From an uncultured Gemmatimonadales bacterium (GTDB lineage: Bacteria > Gemmatimonadota > Gemmatimonadetes > Longimicrobiales > RSA9): 64,000 nucleotides of DNA. This document shows, in pieces, positions 1 to 9,256 of the stretch. Under the pieces are notes generated by a model. It worked only from the letters and a program-made list of their open reading frames with translations, did no database searches and was not told the DNA's origin. Every line of letters starts with the position of its first letter. Positions within the stretch are counted from its first letter, which is position 1. The translations under genes and the position numbers were made by a program. The DNA is taken from assembly GCA_963798845.1 (NCBI GenBank), contig CAWCUS010000006.1:1120001-1184000 (forward strand). Direction: 5' to 3'.

Positions 1-148
1 TGCCCTCCCAGGCAGGCACCGGCATCCCGGCCGCCCTCAGCTCCTCCCCCACCCGCGCCAGCCCTTCGGCTACGCGCGACGATGCGCCCGCGAGCACGCT
101 CCTCGACCCCTCTCCCCGCCCCGCAACGGCGCCGCCGGGCCCCCTCAT
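1..148 (-). CDS. 5' part of a gene running off the window, probably the next carotenoid-operon gene; product not assignable
   Basis: ATG (146-148, minus) overlaps the TGA of the preceding gene (TGATG coupling). The frame is open to the window edge: MRGPGGAVAGRGEGSRSVLAGASSRVAEGLARVGEELRAAGMPVPAWEG. Confidence 0.5.
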   Translation of the reverse strand, partial: MRGPGGAVAGRGEGSRSVLAGASSRVAEGLARVGEELRAAGMPVPAWEG

Positions 149-1038
149 CACCGCACCACCTCACCGCCCGACGACGCCGCTGAACGGACCACGGACAGGA
201 CCGGTCCACGCGGGCTCCGCCGCCACCCCACCAGCGCGACCACCCCGAGCACCGCCACGGGCGCCAGCACGGCGCCCCACAGCCCGGCCGCGGCTGCCAG
301 GCCGAGCGGGAGCACCAGGTTGGCCGTGTAAAAGCCCGCCAGCCACGCCGGCGACACACCCGACAGCCAGCTCCGCCCACCCGTCCCCTCCAGCACGCCC
401 ATCAGTACCAGCCCGGTCACGTACCACCCCACCACGTTCGTCAGCGGCATCCCGTAGTACGGCCCGCGCTCCCCCCACGCCCAGTATCGCGTCACCTCGC
501 TCATCGCCGGGTCCAGCACCAGGTCCCACGCCAGAAGCAGCAGCGAACCCGCCAGCAACCGCGCCCAGCGGCCCCGCTCCCGCATCACGCGCAGCGCCAG
601 ACCGTACGACGGAACTGCCATGTAGAACCAGCTCAGCGGGATCAGCACTGGCACCAGACCGAGCCACTTCACACCCAGCAGAGACGTGTATTGGTATGGC
701 CCGAACGGAACCCCCCACGATGTCCCCAGCAGCTCGCTTCCCAGGCTCGCCGCGTACACCAGAGCCAGCGACGGAAGCCACGCTGGCCCCGCCCGCCGCC
801 ACAGCACCACTCCCAGCACGCCCGCCGCCAGCAGCACCTGACCGCGTCCGAACAGCCCGAACGACGCTGCGTAGAAACGCGCCGCGCCCACACCCATCGC
901 CGCCACCCGCGCCGGGTCCCGGCCGTACAGCGCGTACCCGCCCGCCGCCACCAGCGCGAACGCCGCCAGCACCGCCACCCCCGCCACATCCACCCACTCC
1001 GCCCGGCGGCGTCCTTCCACGTTCGTGGGCCCGCTCAT
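148..1038 (-). CDS. Carotenoid biosynthesis membrane protein (CruF-like hydratase family)
   Basis: Multi-TM protein with ELLGTSWGVPFGPYQY, GLVPVLIPLSWF, WDLVLDP and YYGMPLTNVVGW motifs typical of the family. Adjacent to carH/crtI. Start placed at ATG of MSGPT. Confidence 0.8.
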   Translation of the reverse strand: MSGPTNVEGRRRAEWVDVAGVAVLAAFALVAAGGYALYGRDPARVAAMGVGAARFYAASFGLFGRGQVLLAAGVLGVVLWRRAGPAWLPSLALVYAASLGSELLGTSWGVPFGPYQYTSLLGVKWLGLVPVLIPLSWFYMAVPSYGLALRVMRERGRWARLLAGSLLLLAWDLVLDPAMSEVTRYWAWGERGPYYGMPLTNVVGWYVTGLVLMGVLEGTGGRSWLSGVSPAWLAGFYTANLVLPLGLAAAAGLWGAVLAPVAVLGVVALVGWRRSPRGPVLSVVRSAASSGGEVVR

Positions 1039-1066
1039 CCGCCTCGCTCCGTTTGTGTGGACAGAA

Positions 1067-1143
1067 CGAATAGCGAGGCGTCTATGTATTGTCAAGGTTT
1101 AATCTGATCCTATCTTGACGCAGACGGGCCGGGCACGTAGGTT
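1067..1143. promoter_or_regulatory. Divergent sigma70-type promoters with probable CarH operator
   Basis: AT-rich island. Plus strand: TTGACG(1115-1120)-N17-TAGGTT(1138-1143). Minus strand: TTGACA(1095-1090)-N17-TATTCG. Inverted repeat GTCAAG...CTTGAC, and TTGAC/TAGAC spaced 11 bp apart on the minus strand. Confidence 0.65.
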
Positions 1144-1233
1144 CGGGCGAGATCTGGAGGGGCGGGCGAGCGGGTGTCGAAGTGTTGCGGCGCGAGGCCG
1201 AGCGGCGGGTCGGGGCGAGGAGAGGAGAGCGGG

Positions 1234-2154
1234 ATGGCGCGAGCGGGGGAAGGGCGGCACCCGATGGGCGTAGTCGTGCAGCGGACCGGGTTGTCGCCGC
1301 ACGTGCTGCGGGCGTGGGAGCGTCGGTACGGTGCGGTGGCGCCGGGGCGTACGGAAGGTGGACAACGGCTGTACAGCGATGCGGACGTGGTGCGCCTGGG
1401 TCTGCTGAGGCGGGCGACGGAAGGGGGCCGAAGCATCGGGAGCGTGGCCGGGCTCGCGCTGGAGGAGCTGGTGGCGCTGGTGGGGGAGGATGTTGCGGCG
1501 GTGGGCGCGAGCGGTGCGGGCGGCGGTCGGGACGTCGGGTGGTATCTGGGGGCGTGCGTGGCGGCGGCGGAGGGGATGGACCCGGTTGCGCTGCGGTCGG
1601 AGCTGATGCGGGCGGTGGTGCGACTGGAGGTGGACGGCTTCGTGACGGGTGTCGTGGGACCGCTGCTCGAGAGGGTGGGTTCGTTGTGGGAGTCGGGGTC
1701 GCTGCGACCGGCGCAGGAGCACGTGGTATCGACCGCGGTTCGGCAGGTGCTGGACTGGCTGCTGAGCCAGCTTCCGTCGGAGTCGGGCGCGCCGCTGATG
1801 GTGTTGGGAACGCCGAGGGGGGAGCTGCACGAGTTCGGGGCGATGCTGGCGGCGGTGGTGGCCGCCGACGCGGGCTGGCGGGTCCTGTACCTGGGCCCGT
1901 CGCTTCCGGCGGCGGAGATCGCGATGGCGGCCGAGCGGTCGGGTGCAGGGGTGGTGGGGGTGAGCGTGGTGGCGGCGGAGGGCGGGGAGGCGGTGGAGGA
2001 GCTGCGGGCGCTGCGCGGGCGGCTGTCTGCCGGGATCCCGTTGCTGGTGGGCGGGAGGCAGTCGAGGGGGTGCGAGGTAGGGGGCGTGACGCGGGTCCGC
2101 GACCTGGCGTCGCTGCGTGAGGTGCTGTCGACCGCGCAGGGGGGAGTGTCGTGA
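1234..2154 (+). CDS. carH: MerR-family cobalamin-binding photoreceptor/repressor (CarH/LitR type)
   Basis: N-terminal MerR HTH (LRAWERRYG..P.RTEGGQRLY), W-x9-EH motif (WESGSLRPAQEH), B12-binding ExHxxG (ELHEFG) and YLG. Adjacent to carotenoid genes. Confidence 0.85.
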   Translation: MARAGEGRHPMGVVVQRTGLSPHVLRAWERRYGAVAPGRTEGGQRLYSDADVVRLGLLRRATEGGRSIGSVAGLALEELVALVGEDVAAVGASGAGGGRDVGWYLGACVAAAEGMDPVALRSELMRAVVRLEVDGFVTGVVGPLLERVGSLWESGSLRPAQEHVVSTAVRQVLDWLLSQLPSESGAPLMVLGTPRGELHEFGAMLAAVVAADAGWRVLYLGPSLPAAEIAMAAERSGAGVVGVSVVAAEGGEAVEELRALRGRLSAGIPLLVGGRQSRGCEVGGVTRVRDLASLREVLSTAQGGVS

Positions 2155-3617
2155 TGCGGGCAGTCGTGATCGGGAGCGGATTCGGGGGCCTGGCCGCGGC
2201 CGTGCGCCTCCGGGCGAAGGGGTACGCCGTGACGGTCCTGGAAGCGTTGGACCGGCCGGGCGGGCGAGCGCGGGTGATCGAGAAGGACGGCTTCCGTTTC
2301 GACGCGGGTCCGACGGTGATCACCGCGCCGTACCTGCTGCACGAGCTGTTCGAGCTGCTGGGCCGGGACTCGCGCGACTATTTCGAGCTGGTGCCGGTGG
2401 ATCCGTTCTACAGGATCCTGTTCCCGGACGGAGCGACGTTCGACTACGTCGGGGACGAAGGGCGGCTGCTGGCGCAGATCGAGGCGCTGAGCCCGCGGGA
2501 CGTGGACAACTATCGTCGTCTGGCGGAAGAAGCGAAGCGGATCTTCGACGTCGGCTACACCCGGCTGGCGGACCGTCCGTTCCACCGCTGGACGACGATG
2601 GCGCGGGTGATCCCGTCGATGGTGCGGCTGAAGAGCTATCGCAGCGTGCACGCCCTTGTTTCGCGCTACATCAGGGACGAGCGACTGCGCCAGGCGTTTA
2701 CGTTCGAGCCGCTGCTGGTGGGCGGGAATCCGTTCGACGCCCCGTCCCTCTACCTGCTGATCCACTGGCTGGAGCGGAAGTGGGGGGTCCACTTCGCGCT
2801 GGGCGGCACCGGTGGGATCGTGGAGGGGCTGGTCCGGCTGCTTGAGGAGAACGGGGTGGAAGTGCGCCTGGCGTCGCCCGTGGAGGAAGTGGTGGTGCGG
2901 GACGGAAGGGCGAGGGGCGTGATCACCGCGGACGGAGAGCGGGTCGATGCGGACGTGGTGGTGAGCAACGCCGACCCCTCCTGGGTCTACCGCCACATGC
3001 TGGCCCGGTGCGACGCGCCCCGGGGCCGGCGACAGGCGTCCCGCATGCGGTCATCGCCCAGCCTGTTCGTCGGCTACTTCGGCACCGACCGCGTGTACGA
3101 CCGTCTCGCCCACCACACGATCGTGCTGGGCCCGCGCTACCGTCCGCTTCTCGACGACATCTATCGGAAGCGCGTCCTCGCCGACGACTTCTCCCTCTAT
3201 CTGCACGCGCCCGCCCGCACGGATCCGGGCATGGCGCCGCCGGGGCGGGACGCGTTCTACGTCCTCTCGCCCGTGCCGAACACGCGTAGCGGCGTGGACT
3301 GGAGCGCGCGGGCGGACGGCTATTTCGACCGCATCCTCGAGGTGCTCGAATGGCGGCTCATGCCGGGGCTGCGCGACGCCGTGGTGACACGCACGGCCAT
3401 GACGCCGGCCGACTTCGAGCATACGCTGCGCTCCGTGGACGGTGCGGCGTTCGGCCCCGAGCCGATGCTCACCCAGTCCGCGTGGTTCCGCTACCACAAC
3501 CGCGCGCCGGACGTCGACGGCCTCTACTTTGTCGGCGCTGGGACACACCCGGGAGCCGGCGTGCCGGGGGTGCTGTCGTCTGCACGCGTGCTGGACCGGC
3601 TGCTGCCCGCGGCATAG
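2151..3617 (+). CDS. crtI: Phytoene desaturase
   Basis: VIGSGFGGLA FAD motif, FDAGPTVIT, QSAWFR.HN and C-terminal LYFVGAGTHPGAGVPGV signature. Confidence 0.92.
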   Translation: MMRAVVIGSGFGGLAAAVRLRAKGYAVTVLEALDRPGGRARVIEKDGFRFDAGPTVITAPYLLHELFELLGRDSRDYFELVPVDPFYRILFPDGATFDYVGDEGRLLAQIEALSPRDVDNYRRLAEEAKRIFDVGYTRLADRPFHRWTTMARVIPSMVRLKSYRSVHALVSRYIRDERLRQAFTFEPLLVGGNPFDAPSLYLLIHWLERKWGVHFALGGTGGIVEGLVRLLEENGVEVRLASPVEEVVVRDGRARGVITADGERVDADVVVSNADPSWVYRHMLARCDAPRGRRQASRMRSSPSLFVGYFGTDRVYDRLAHHTIVLGPRYRPLLDDIYRKRVLADDFSLYLHAPARTDPGMAPPGRDAFYVLSPVPNTRSGVDWSARADGYFDRILEVLEWRLMPGLRDAVVTRTAMTPADFEHTLRSVDGAAFGPEPMLTQSAWFRYHNRAPDVDGLYFVGAGTHPGAGVPGVLSSARVLDRLLPAA

Positions 3618-3717
3618 CCGGCCCCCGGGTGCGGTCGCTTCGACTGGCCCGGCGCTTGCCCGGCGCACGGGCGGATTCGGCGAGGGCGAGGATCGGACCG
3701 GACGGAGGCGTCGCGAC

Positions 3718-4542
3718 GTGAAGAAGAAGTGGTGGCTGGCGGGCGGCGCGGCCGCGGCTCTGGGCTATGCGGTGCTGGTGGAGCCGCGCTGGCTCGAGCG
3801 TCGCCACGAGAGGATCCACATCGCCGCGCTGCCGTCGGGGCTCGAGGGGCTGCGCCTGGGGGTGCTGTCGGACCTGCACGTGCGCGGGCGGCGTGAGGCC
3901 GGCCTCGTCCGGCGCGCCGTGCGCGCGCTCTCGGCGGCCAGGCCGGACATGGTGGCCGTGACCGGAGATTTCGCCGAGGACGCCGAGGGGCTGGAGCTGG
4001 TGCTGGACGCGCTCACGCCGCTGTCCGCCCAGCTCGGCGTCTATGCCGTGCCGGGCAACCACGACTTCAAGAGCGGTATCGAGCGCTGGCACCGCGCAGT
4101 GGGCCGCCGCAAGGCGATCACCGACCTGACCAACCGCTACGTCGCGCTGGAGCACGCCGGCGGCCGCGTGTGCGTGGCCGGTGTCGACGACCTGGTCGAA
4201 GGCGAGCCCCGCCTCGTGCTCCCCCCGCCCGCGACGCGGGACCTGACCATCGTCCTCGCCCACTCCCCCGATCAGGCCGAGCGCTGCCGCCGATCCTACG
4301 ACGCCGTGGACCTCATCGTCAGCGGCCACACCCACGGCGGGCAGGTGCGCCTCCCGGTCGTGGGAGCACCCGTCAACTCCGCCGAGAATCCGGACCTGTA
4401 CGAGGACGGGCTCCGGCGCCGTCCCTGGACCCAGGTCTACACGTCGCGCGGCGTCGGAACGTCCGGCTTCCACATCCGCTTCATGGCTCGACCCGAAGTC
4501 TCCGTCCTCGACCTCACCCGCGCCCCGCGCCCGCCTCGCTGA
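3718..4542 (+). CDS. Metallophosphoesterase (calcineurin-like, YkuE/YaeI type)
   Basis: SDLH, TGD, GNHD and SGHTHGGQ motifs; N-terminal hydrophobic anchor; GTG start at 3718. Confidence 0.85.
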   Translation: MKKKWWLAGGAAAALGYAVLVEPRWLERRHERIHIAALPSGLEGLRLGVLSDLHVRGRREAGLVRRAVRALSAARPDMVAVTGDFAEDAEGLELVLDALTPLSAQLGVYAVPGNHDFKSGIERWHRAVGRRKAITDLTNRYVALEHAGGRVCVAGVDDLVEGEPRLVLPPPATRDLTIVLAHSPDQAERCRRSYDAVDLIVSGHTHGGQVRLPVVGAPVNSAENPDLYEDGLRRRPWTQVYTSRGVGTSGFHIRFMARPEVSVLDLTRAPRPPR

Positions 4543-4733
4543 GCCGGCCCCCCCTCCCCCCCTCGCTGAGCCAGGCCCCGCATCGCTGAACCGCGCTCCC
4601 GCCTCCTGTCGACGGCCGGCGGTCAAACGGCACCGGGAGGAGGCCATTCTCTTCTGGCCCTCCTCCTGCGCTCCGGGCATATTGTGAATCCCTTCCGATG
4701 CCGGACTCCGTTCACCCTCACCCGAGAGGCCGC

Positions 4734-5168
4734 ATGAGGATCAGCGACATCCTCCACACCAAGGGCAGCGAAGTCATCTCCGTCGCGCCGAACCAGACGG
4801 TCCTCACGGCGGTGCGCATCCTCTCCGAGCACCGGATCGGCGCGCTGGTGGTGCGGACCGGCGACGAGGTGCTCGGCATCCTGACCGAGCGCGACGTCCT
4901 GGACCTGGCGGCGGGTGACCCCCGAAGAGTCGAATCCACGCGCGTGGAGGACGTGATGACGTCGGACGTGCTGGTGGCTGTCCCGGAGGACGACCTCGAG
5001 TACGTCATGAACATCATGACGGAGAACCGGGTGCGCCATCTTCCCATCGTGGTGGATGGTCGGCTCGAGGGGATCGTCTCCATCGGGGACGTGGTGAACG
5101 CGGTGCGCCGCGGCATGGAGGCGGAGAACCGCCACCTCAAGGACTACATCCACGGGGTGCTCGGCTGA
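4734..5168 (+). CDS. Tandem CBS-domain protein
   Basis: IGALVV..GILTERD and VRHLPIV..GIVSIGDVV CBS pair. Confidence 0.9.
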   Translation: MRISDILHTKGSEVISVAPNQTVLTAVRILSEHRIGALVVRTGDEVLGILTERDVLDLAAGDPRRVESTRVEDVMTSDVLVAVPEDDLEYVMNIMTENRVRHLPIVVDGRLEGIVSIGDVVNAVRRGMEAENRHLKDYIHGVLG

Positions 5169-6046
5169 CCCGCTGGCTCACCGCCCTGCTCTCGCGGGCC
5201 ACCGGCCGGCTCGCGCGGATTCCACTGCCGGGGCCGCTCCGCGGACCGCTCCTCGGGGCGGCCGCCTGGCTCCTCCGCATGGACCTGGGCGAGGCGGAGG
5301 CGCCGCTCGGGGAGTTCCGCTCGCTGGACGACCTCTTCGTCCGACGCCTGAGGGCGGGCGCGCGCGCGTGGCCGGCCGCCGAGGGTGTGGCGGCGTCGCC
5401 GGTGGACGGCGTGGTCGGAGAGGCGGGCCGGGTCCGCGGTGGGCGGGTGCTGCAGGCGAAAGGGCGCTGGTACACGGTGTCCGAGCTGCTTGGCGACGAC
5501 GCGCTGGCCGACCGCTTTCGGGGCGGGAGCTATCTCACCCTCTACCTCGCGCCCCGGCACTACCACCGGATCCACGCGCCTGTGTCGGGGCGGATCCCGT
5601 GGGCGCGCCACATCCCGGGCAGGCTCCTGCCGGTGAGCTCGCCGGCCGTGCGCCGGTTCGATCGGCTGTTTCCGCGGAACGAGCGGCTGGTGGCGCTGAT
5701 GGAGCCCGCGGCGGAAGTCGAAGGCGTCGGCGAGGAGGCCGTCGCCGACGGGGGGGCCGGCGCCGTGGCGGTGGTCGCGGTGGGTGCGTTCAACGTGGGT
5801 CGCATCACGGCCGACTTCGACGCGTCGCTGGTGACGAACCGGGCCGGGGTCCGGGCCGAGACCCGGCGCTACGAGCCTGCGGTGCGGGTGGAGCGTGGCG
5901 AGCCGCTCATGGCGTTCCACCTCGGCTCGACGGTGGTGCTCCTGTTCGAGAGGCCGATGGCGCTGCGGCAGGATCTGGAGTCAGGCGGCGAGATCCGGCT
6001 GGGTGAAGCGCTCGAGACGTTGAGGAAAGCGGGTCGCGGGGTCTAG
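5165..6046 (+). CDS. psd: Phosphatidylserine decarboxylase proenzyme (start uncertain: CTG 5165 or ATG 5279)
   Basis: SPVDG, QAKG..Y, YLAPRHYHRIHAP, NER, VGAFNVG and the pyruvoyl cleavage motif FHLGSTVVLLF. Confidence 0.88.
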   Translation: MTRWLTALLSRATGRLARIPLPGPLRGPLLGAAAWLLRMDLGEAEAPLGEFRSLDDLFVRRLRAGARAWPAAEGVAASPVDGVVGEAGRVRGGRVLQAKGRWYTVSELLGDDALADRFRGGSYLTLYLAPRHYHRIHAPVSGRIPWARHIPGRLLPVSSPAVRRFDRLFPRNERLVALMEPAAEVEGVGEEAVADGGAGAVAVVAVGAFNVGRITADFDASLVTNRAGVRAETRRYEPAVRVERGEPLMAFHLGSTVVLLFERPMALRQDLESGGEIRLGEALETLRKAGRGV

Positions 6047-6055
6047 ATTCTCCGC

Positions 6056-7783
6056 ATGGAACCCAGCGCGAAGGACCTGATCGAGCTGATCCGCTCGTCG
6101 GTGATCGGAGCGGACGAGGCCATCGAGACGCCGTACGGCTTCCGCCGAATCACGTACGCCGACTACACGGCGTCGGGGCGGTCGCTCTCCTTCATCGAGG
6201 ACTTCATCCGCCGCGAGGTCCTGCCGCTCTACGCGAACACCCACACGGAGACGTCGGGCACGGGCCGGCAGACCACGCGTTTCCGCGAAGAGGCGAGGCG
6301 GATCATCAAGGACGCATCCGGCGCGGGGCCGGAGGACGTTCTGATCTTCACGGGCTCGGGCGCCACGGGCGCGGTGCACACGCTGCTCGAGGTCCTGAAC
6401 CTCTGCCTCCCCAGCGACCTGGCGTCCCGTTACGATCTGATGGGAGAGATCCCGGAAGCGGACCGGCCCGTGGTCTTCATCGGTCCGTACGAGCACCACA
6501 GCAACGAGCTGCCCTGGCGCGAGTCCATCGCCGACGTGGTGGTGATCCACGAGGACGCGGACGGCCGCATCCACCTGGGCGAGCTGGAGCGCCGGCTGGA
6601 GGAGTTCGCGAGTCGGCCGCTGCGCATCGGCAGCTTCTCCGCCGCGTCGAACGTCACCGGGGTGGTCACCGACGCCGGCGCCGTCTCTCGACTGCTGCAC
6701 CAGCACGGCGCGCTGTCGTTCTGGGACTTCGCCGCCGCCGGGCCGTACCTGGAGGTCGAGATGAACGGCCACGGTGACCCGCTCGACTACAAGGACGCCG
6801 TCTTCCTCTCCCCTCACAAGTTCGTGGGAGGCCCGGGCACGCCCGGGGCGCTTCTCGCCAAGCGTCGCCTGTTCACGAACCGGGTGCCCGGCCGCCCGGG
6901 CGGCGGAACCGTGGACTTCGTGACGGAGAGCTACCACCGCTACATCGACGAGCCGGAGCTGCGCGAGGAGGGCGGAACGCCGGCCATCATCGAGTCGATC
7001 CGCGCCGGGCTGGTGTTCCAGCTGAAGGAGGCGGTGGGGACGACAACGATCCATGCGCTCGAGGACGGCTTCACCCGACGGGCCATCGAGGCGTGGGAGC
7101 GGAACCCGAACCTCGACGTCCTCGGCCCCCACGAAGCGGACCGCCTGGCCATCATCTCGTTCGCCGTACGCTACGCAGGCGGGGGGCACGTACACCACGA
7201 CCTCGTGACCGCCCTGCTGAACGACCTCTTCGGCATCCAGGCGCGCGGCGGCTGCTCGTGCGCCGGACCGTACGGCGCACGGCTGCTCCACATCAATGGG
7301 AAGCAGCTGGACGACCATGTCCGCAAGATCGAGGAAGGGTGTCGCGGCCTCAAGCCGGGCTGGACCCGTGTCGGCTTCAACTATTTCATCTCCCGGGACG
7401 AGGCCGACTTCATCCTCCTCGCCGTGGACTGGGTGGCCACCCACGGCTGGAAGCTGCTGCCCTACTACGACTTCGATGCCGGTACAGGGGAGTGGAGACA
7501 CCGGGACTGGAAGGCGCACGCCCCCATGAGCCTGCACGACGTCCGTTACGACGGCGGGGCCCTCCGCTTCCGATCCCACCACACGCGCGCCGATGAGGGC
7601 GCATTCGAGGATTACTTCCTCGCCGCCGACGAGATCCGTCGCCGTGCCGAGGAGGAGATACCCGACATGGCTTTCGAGCCGGTCAGCCTCGAGCCGGACT
7701 TCGAACGGATGCGCTGGTTCCCGCTGGCCCACGACGTGGTGGAACGGATGCGGGCCGAGCGGGCGACCGCGGCACGCGGGTAG
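6056..7783 (+). CDS. Class V PLP-dependent aminotransferase / cysteine desulfurase-like protein
   Basis: YADYTASG, EHHSN, SAASNVTG, SPHKF (PLP lysine) and RGGCSCAGPYG. Confidence 0.85.
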   Translation: MEPSAKDLIELIRSSVIGADEAIETPYGFRRITYADYTASGRSLSFIEDFIRREVLPLYANTHTETSGTGRQTTRFREEARRIIKDASGAGPEDVLIFTGSGATGAVHTLLEVLNLCLPSDLASRYDLMGEIPEADRPVVFIGPYEHHSNELPWRESIADVVVIHEDADGRIHLGELERRLEEFASRPLRIGSFSAASNVTGVVTDAGAVSRLLHQHGALSFWDFAAAGPYLEVEMNGHGDPLDYKDAVFLSPHKFVGGPGTPGALLAKRRLFTNRVPGRPGGGTVDFVTESYHRYIDEPELREEGGTPAIIESIRAGLVFQLKEAVGTTTIHALEDGFTRRAIEAWERNPNLDVLGPHEADRLAIISFAVRYAGGGHVHHDLVTALLNDLFGIQARGGCSCAGPYGARLLHINGKQLDDHVRKIEEGCRGLKPGWTRVGFNYFISRDEADFILLAVDWVATHGWKLLPYYDFDAGTGEWRHRDWKAHAPMSLHDVRYDGGALRFRSHHTRADEGAFEDYFLAADEIRRRAEEEIPDMAFEPVSLEPDFERMRWFPLAHDVVERMRAERATAARG

Positions 7784-7792
7784 GCGCCCGCG

Positions 7793-7940
7793 GCCGTAGA
7801 ACCCGGGCAGCCCGGCCGGCGGCCGAGAACCCGGGGCCCGGCCGCGGCGCGGTAGAACCCGGGCTGCCCGGCCGGCGGCGCCGTAGAACCCGGGCAGCCC
7901 GGCCGGCGGCCGTAGAACCCGGGCAGCCCGGCCGCGGCGC
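7793..7940 (+). repeat. Tandem array of five ~29-bp GTAG-type REP-like units
   Basis: Unit GCCGTAGAACCCGGGCAGCCCGGCCG with an internal CCGGGC-N-GCCCGG palindrome. One copy is degenerate. Confidence 0.85.
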
Positions 7941-8043
7941 CCGGCCAGGCTTCGATCCGGTGTCCGCTGCAAAAAGGACCGAACTGTCCTCGATCGAGGA
8001 CAGGTTCTGCCGCGTGGCTCCGTGGCGGCGGGCTCGACCTCCG

Positions 8044-8058
8044 TGGCACCGCGCTTGC
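8044..8058 (+). promoter_or_regulatory. Sigma54 (-24/-12) promoter
   Basis: TGGCAC-CGCGC-TTGC, an exact consensus match upstream of the OmpA gene. Confidence 0.7.
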
Positions 8059-8110
8059 CACTACAGTGCGGCCGAATCCGATTCTGTCCCCGTGACCGGG
8101 AGTGGTGGAT

Positions 8111-8791
8111 ATGCTCAAGTCGATACGATTGCCACTGGCCGCGGTGGCGCTGGGCGCGGTGCTCGGCACCAGCGCGTGCGCGAGTTGGAACAACAAGGAG
8201 AAGGGCGCCGTGATCGGCGCCGGGACGGGCGCGGCCGTGGGCGCCGTGGTCGGCAACCAGGTCGGCTCGACCGCGAAGGGCGCCATCGTCGGCGCCGCGG
8301 TCGGCGGTGCCGCCGGGGCGATCATCGGTCACCAGATGGACCAGCAGGCGAAGTCCATCGACCAGAACGTCGAGGGAGCGACAGTCTCGCGGGTGGGCGA
8401 GGGAATCGTGGTCACCTTCGACAACGGCATCCTCTTCGATTTCGACAGCTCGAACCTGCGCTCGACGGCCAGAGAGAACCTGGGCGCGCTGGCCGACAAC
8501 CTGAACAAGTACCCGAACACCGATGTGACCATTCTCGGCCACACCGACGCGACGGGCTCGGACTCCTACAACCAGGCGCTCTCGCAGCGTCGCGCGGCAT
8601 CGGCCGCCCAGTATCTTCGCTCCATGGGCGTGGGCGACGACCGGATTTCCACCCGCGGCCTGGGTGAGAGCGACCCCGTCGCCTCCAATGACAGCGCCGA
8701 GGGCCGGCAGCTGAACCGCCGCGTCGAGGTGGTCATTTACGCCGACGAGGCGTGGCGCAACGACCTGCAGCGGCAGAACCCCGGCCGGTAG
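8111..8791 (+). CDS. OmpA-family lipoprotein with glycine zipper
   Basis: Lipobox TSAC, glycine zipper, then OmpA C-terminal domain (GHTD..G...YN..LS.RRA, NRRVE). Confidence 0.92.
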   Translation: MLKSIRLPLAAVALGAVLGTSACASWNNKEKGAVIGAGTGAAVGAVVGNQVGSTAKGAIVGAAVGGAAGAIIGHQMDQQAKSIDQNVEGATVSRVGEGIVVTFDNGILFDFDSSNLRSTARENLGALADNLNKYPNTDVTILGHTDATGSDSYNQALSQRRAASAAQYLRSMGVGDDRISTRGLGESDPVASNDSAEGRQLNRRVEVVIYADEAWRNDLQRQNPGR

Positions 8792-8813
8792 CGCGCATCA
8801 CAGCCGGAACCCA

Positions 8814-8851
8814 CGGGCCCGGACGGCGGGATGATCCGCCGTCCGGGCCCG
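8814..8851 (+). terminator. Strong stem-loop after the OmpA gene
   Basis: 16-bp perfect stem CGGGCCCGGACGGCGG / CCGCCGTCCGGGCCCG with a 6-nt loop; no clear U-tract. Confidence 0.55.
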
Positions 8852-8924
8852 CGTGCATTGCGGCGCCCGGTCGGGCGGTCAGGGTCGCGGCGGCCGGCGC
8901 GGCGGGTGCGGTTCTGACGGTTCG

Positions 8925-8960
8925 TTCGGTCTTGACCGAATTTAGTGCGCCCATTAGGGT
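8925..8960 (+). promoter_or_regulatory. Promoter with overlapping palindromic operator for RND operon 1
   Basis: Palindrome TTCGGTC-TT-GACCGAA (8925-8940) overlaps TTGACC(8932-8937)-N17-TAGGGT(8955-8960). Confidence 0.65.
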
Positions 8961-8978
8961 TGGAGGCCCGTTCGCGGG

Positions 8979-9152
8979 GGGCAGGCGTGGTGTGCCCGAG
9001 GGGCAGGCGTGGTGTGCCCGGGGGACAGGCGTGGTGTGCCCGAGGGGCAGGCGTGGTGTGCGGCGGGGGGCAGGCGTGGTGTGCCCGAGGGGCAGGCGTG
9101 GTGTGGCGGGGGCAGGCGGGTGTGGCCCGGGGGTCAGGCCTGGTGTGCCCGG
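8979..9152 (+). repeat. G-rich tandem repeat, about eight copies of ~22 bp
   Basis: Unit GGGCAGGCGTGGTGTGCCCGAG with GGGCA...TGCCC arms, decaying toward the 3' end. Confidence 0.85.
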
Positions 9153-9256
9153 GCGGATGGAGGTGTGACCGGGGGCGGCGGCGGGCGGGCGTACGAGCCG
9201 GGTGACGGATTCACTCGAGGTGGAGAGAGTTCGGTCCAGGTGGAGAGAGATCGCGG

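Noticed and set aside
4534..4592. Three TCGCTGA(G/A)CC copies after the metallophosphoesterase stop
   Set aside because: Short and degenerate; looks like local duplication of the stop-codon region with no supportable function.
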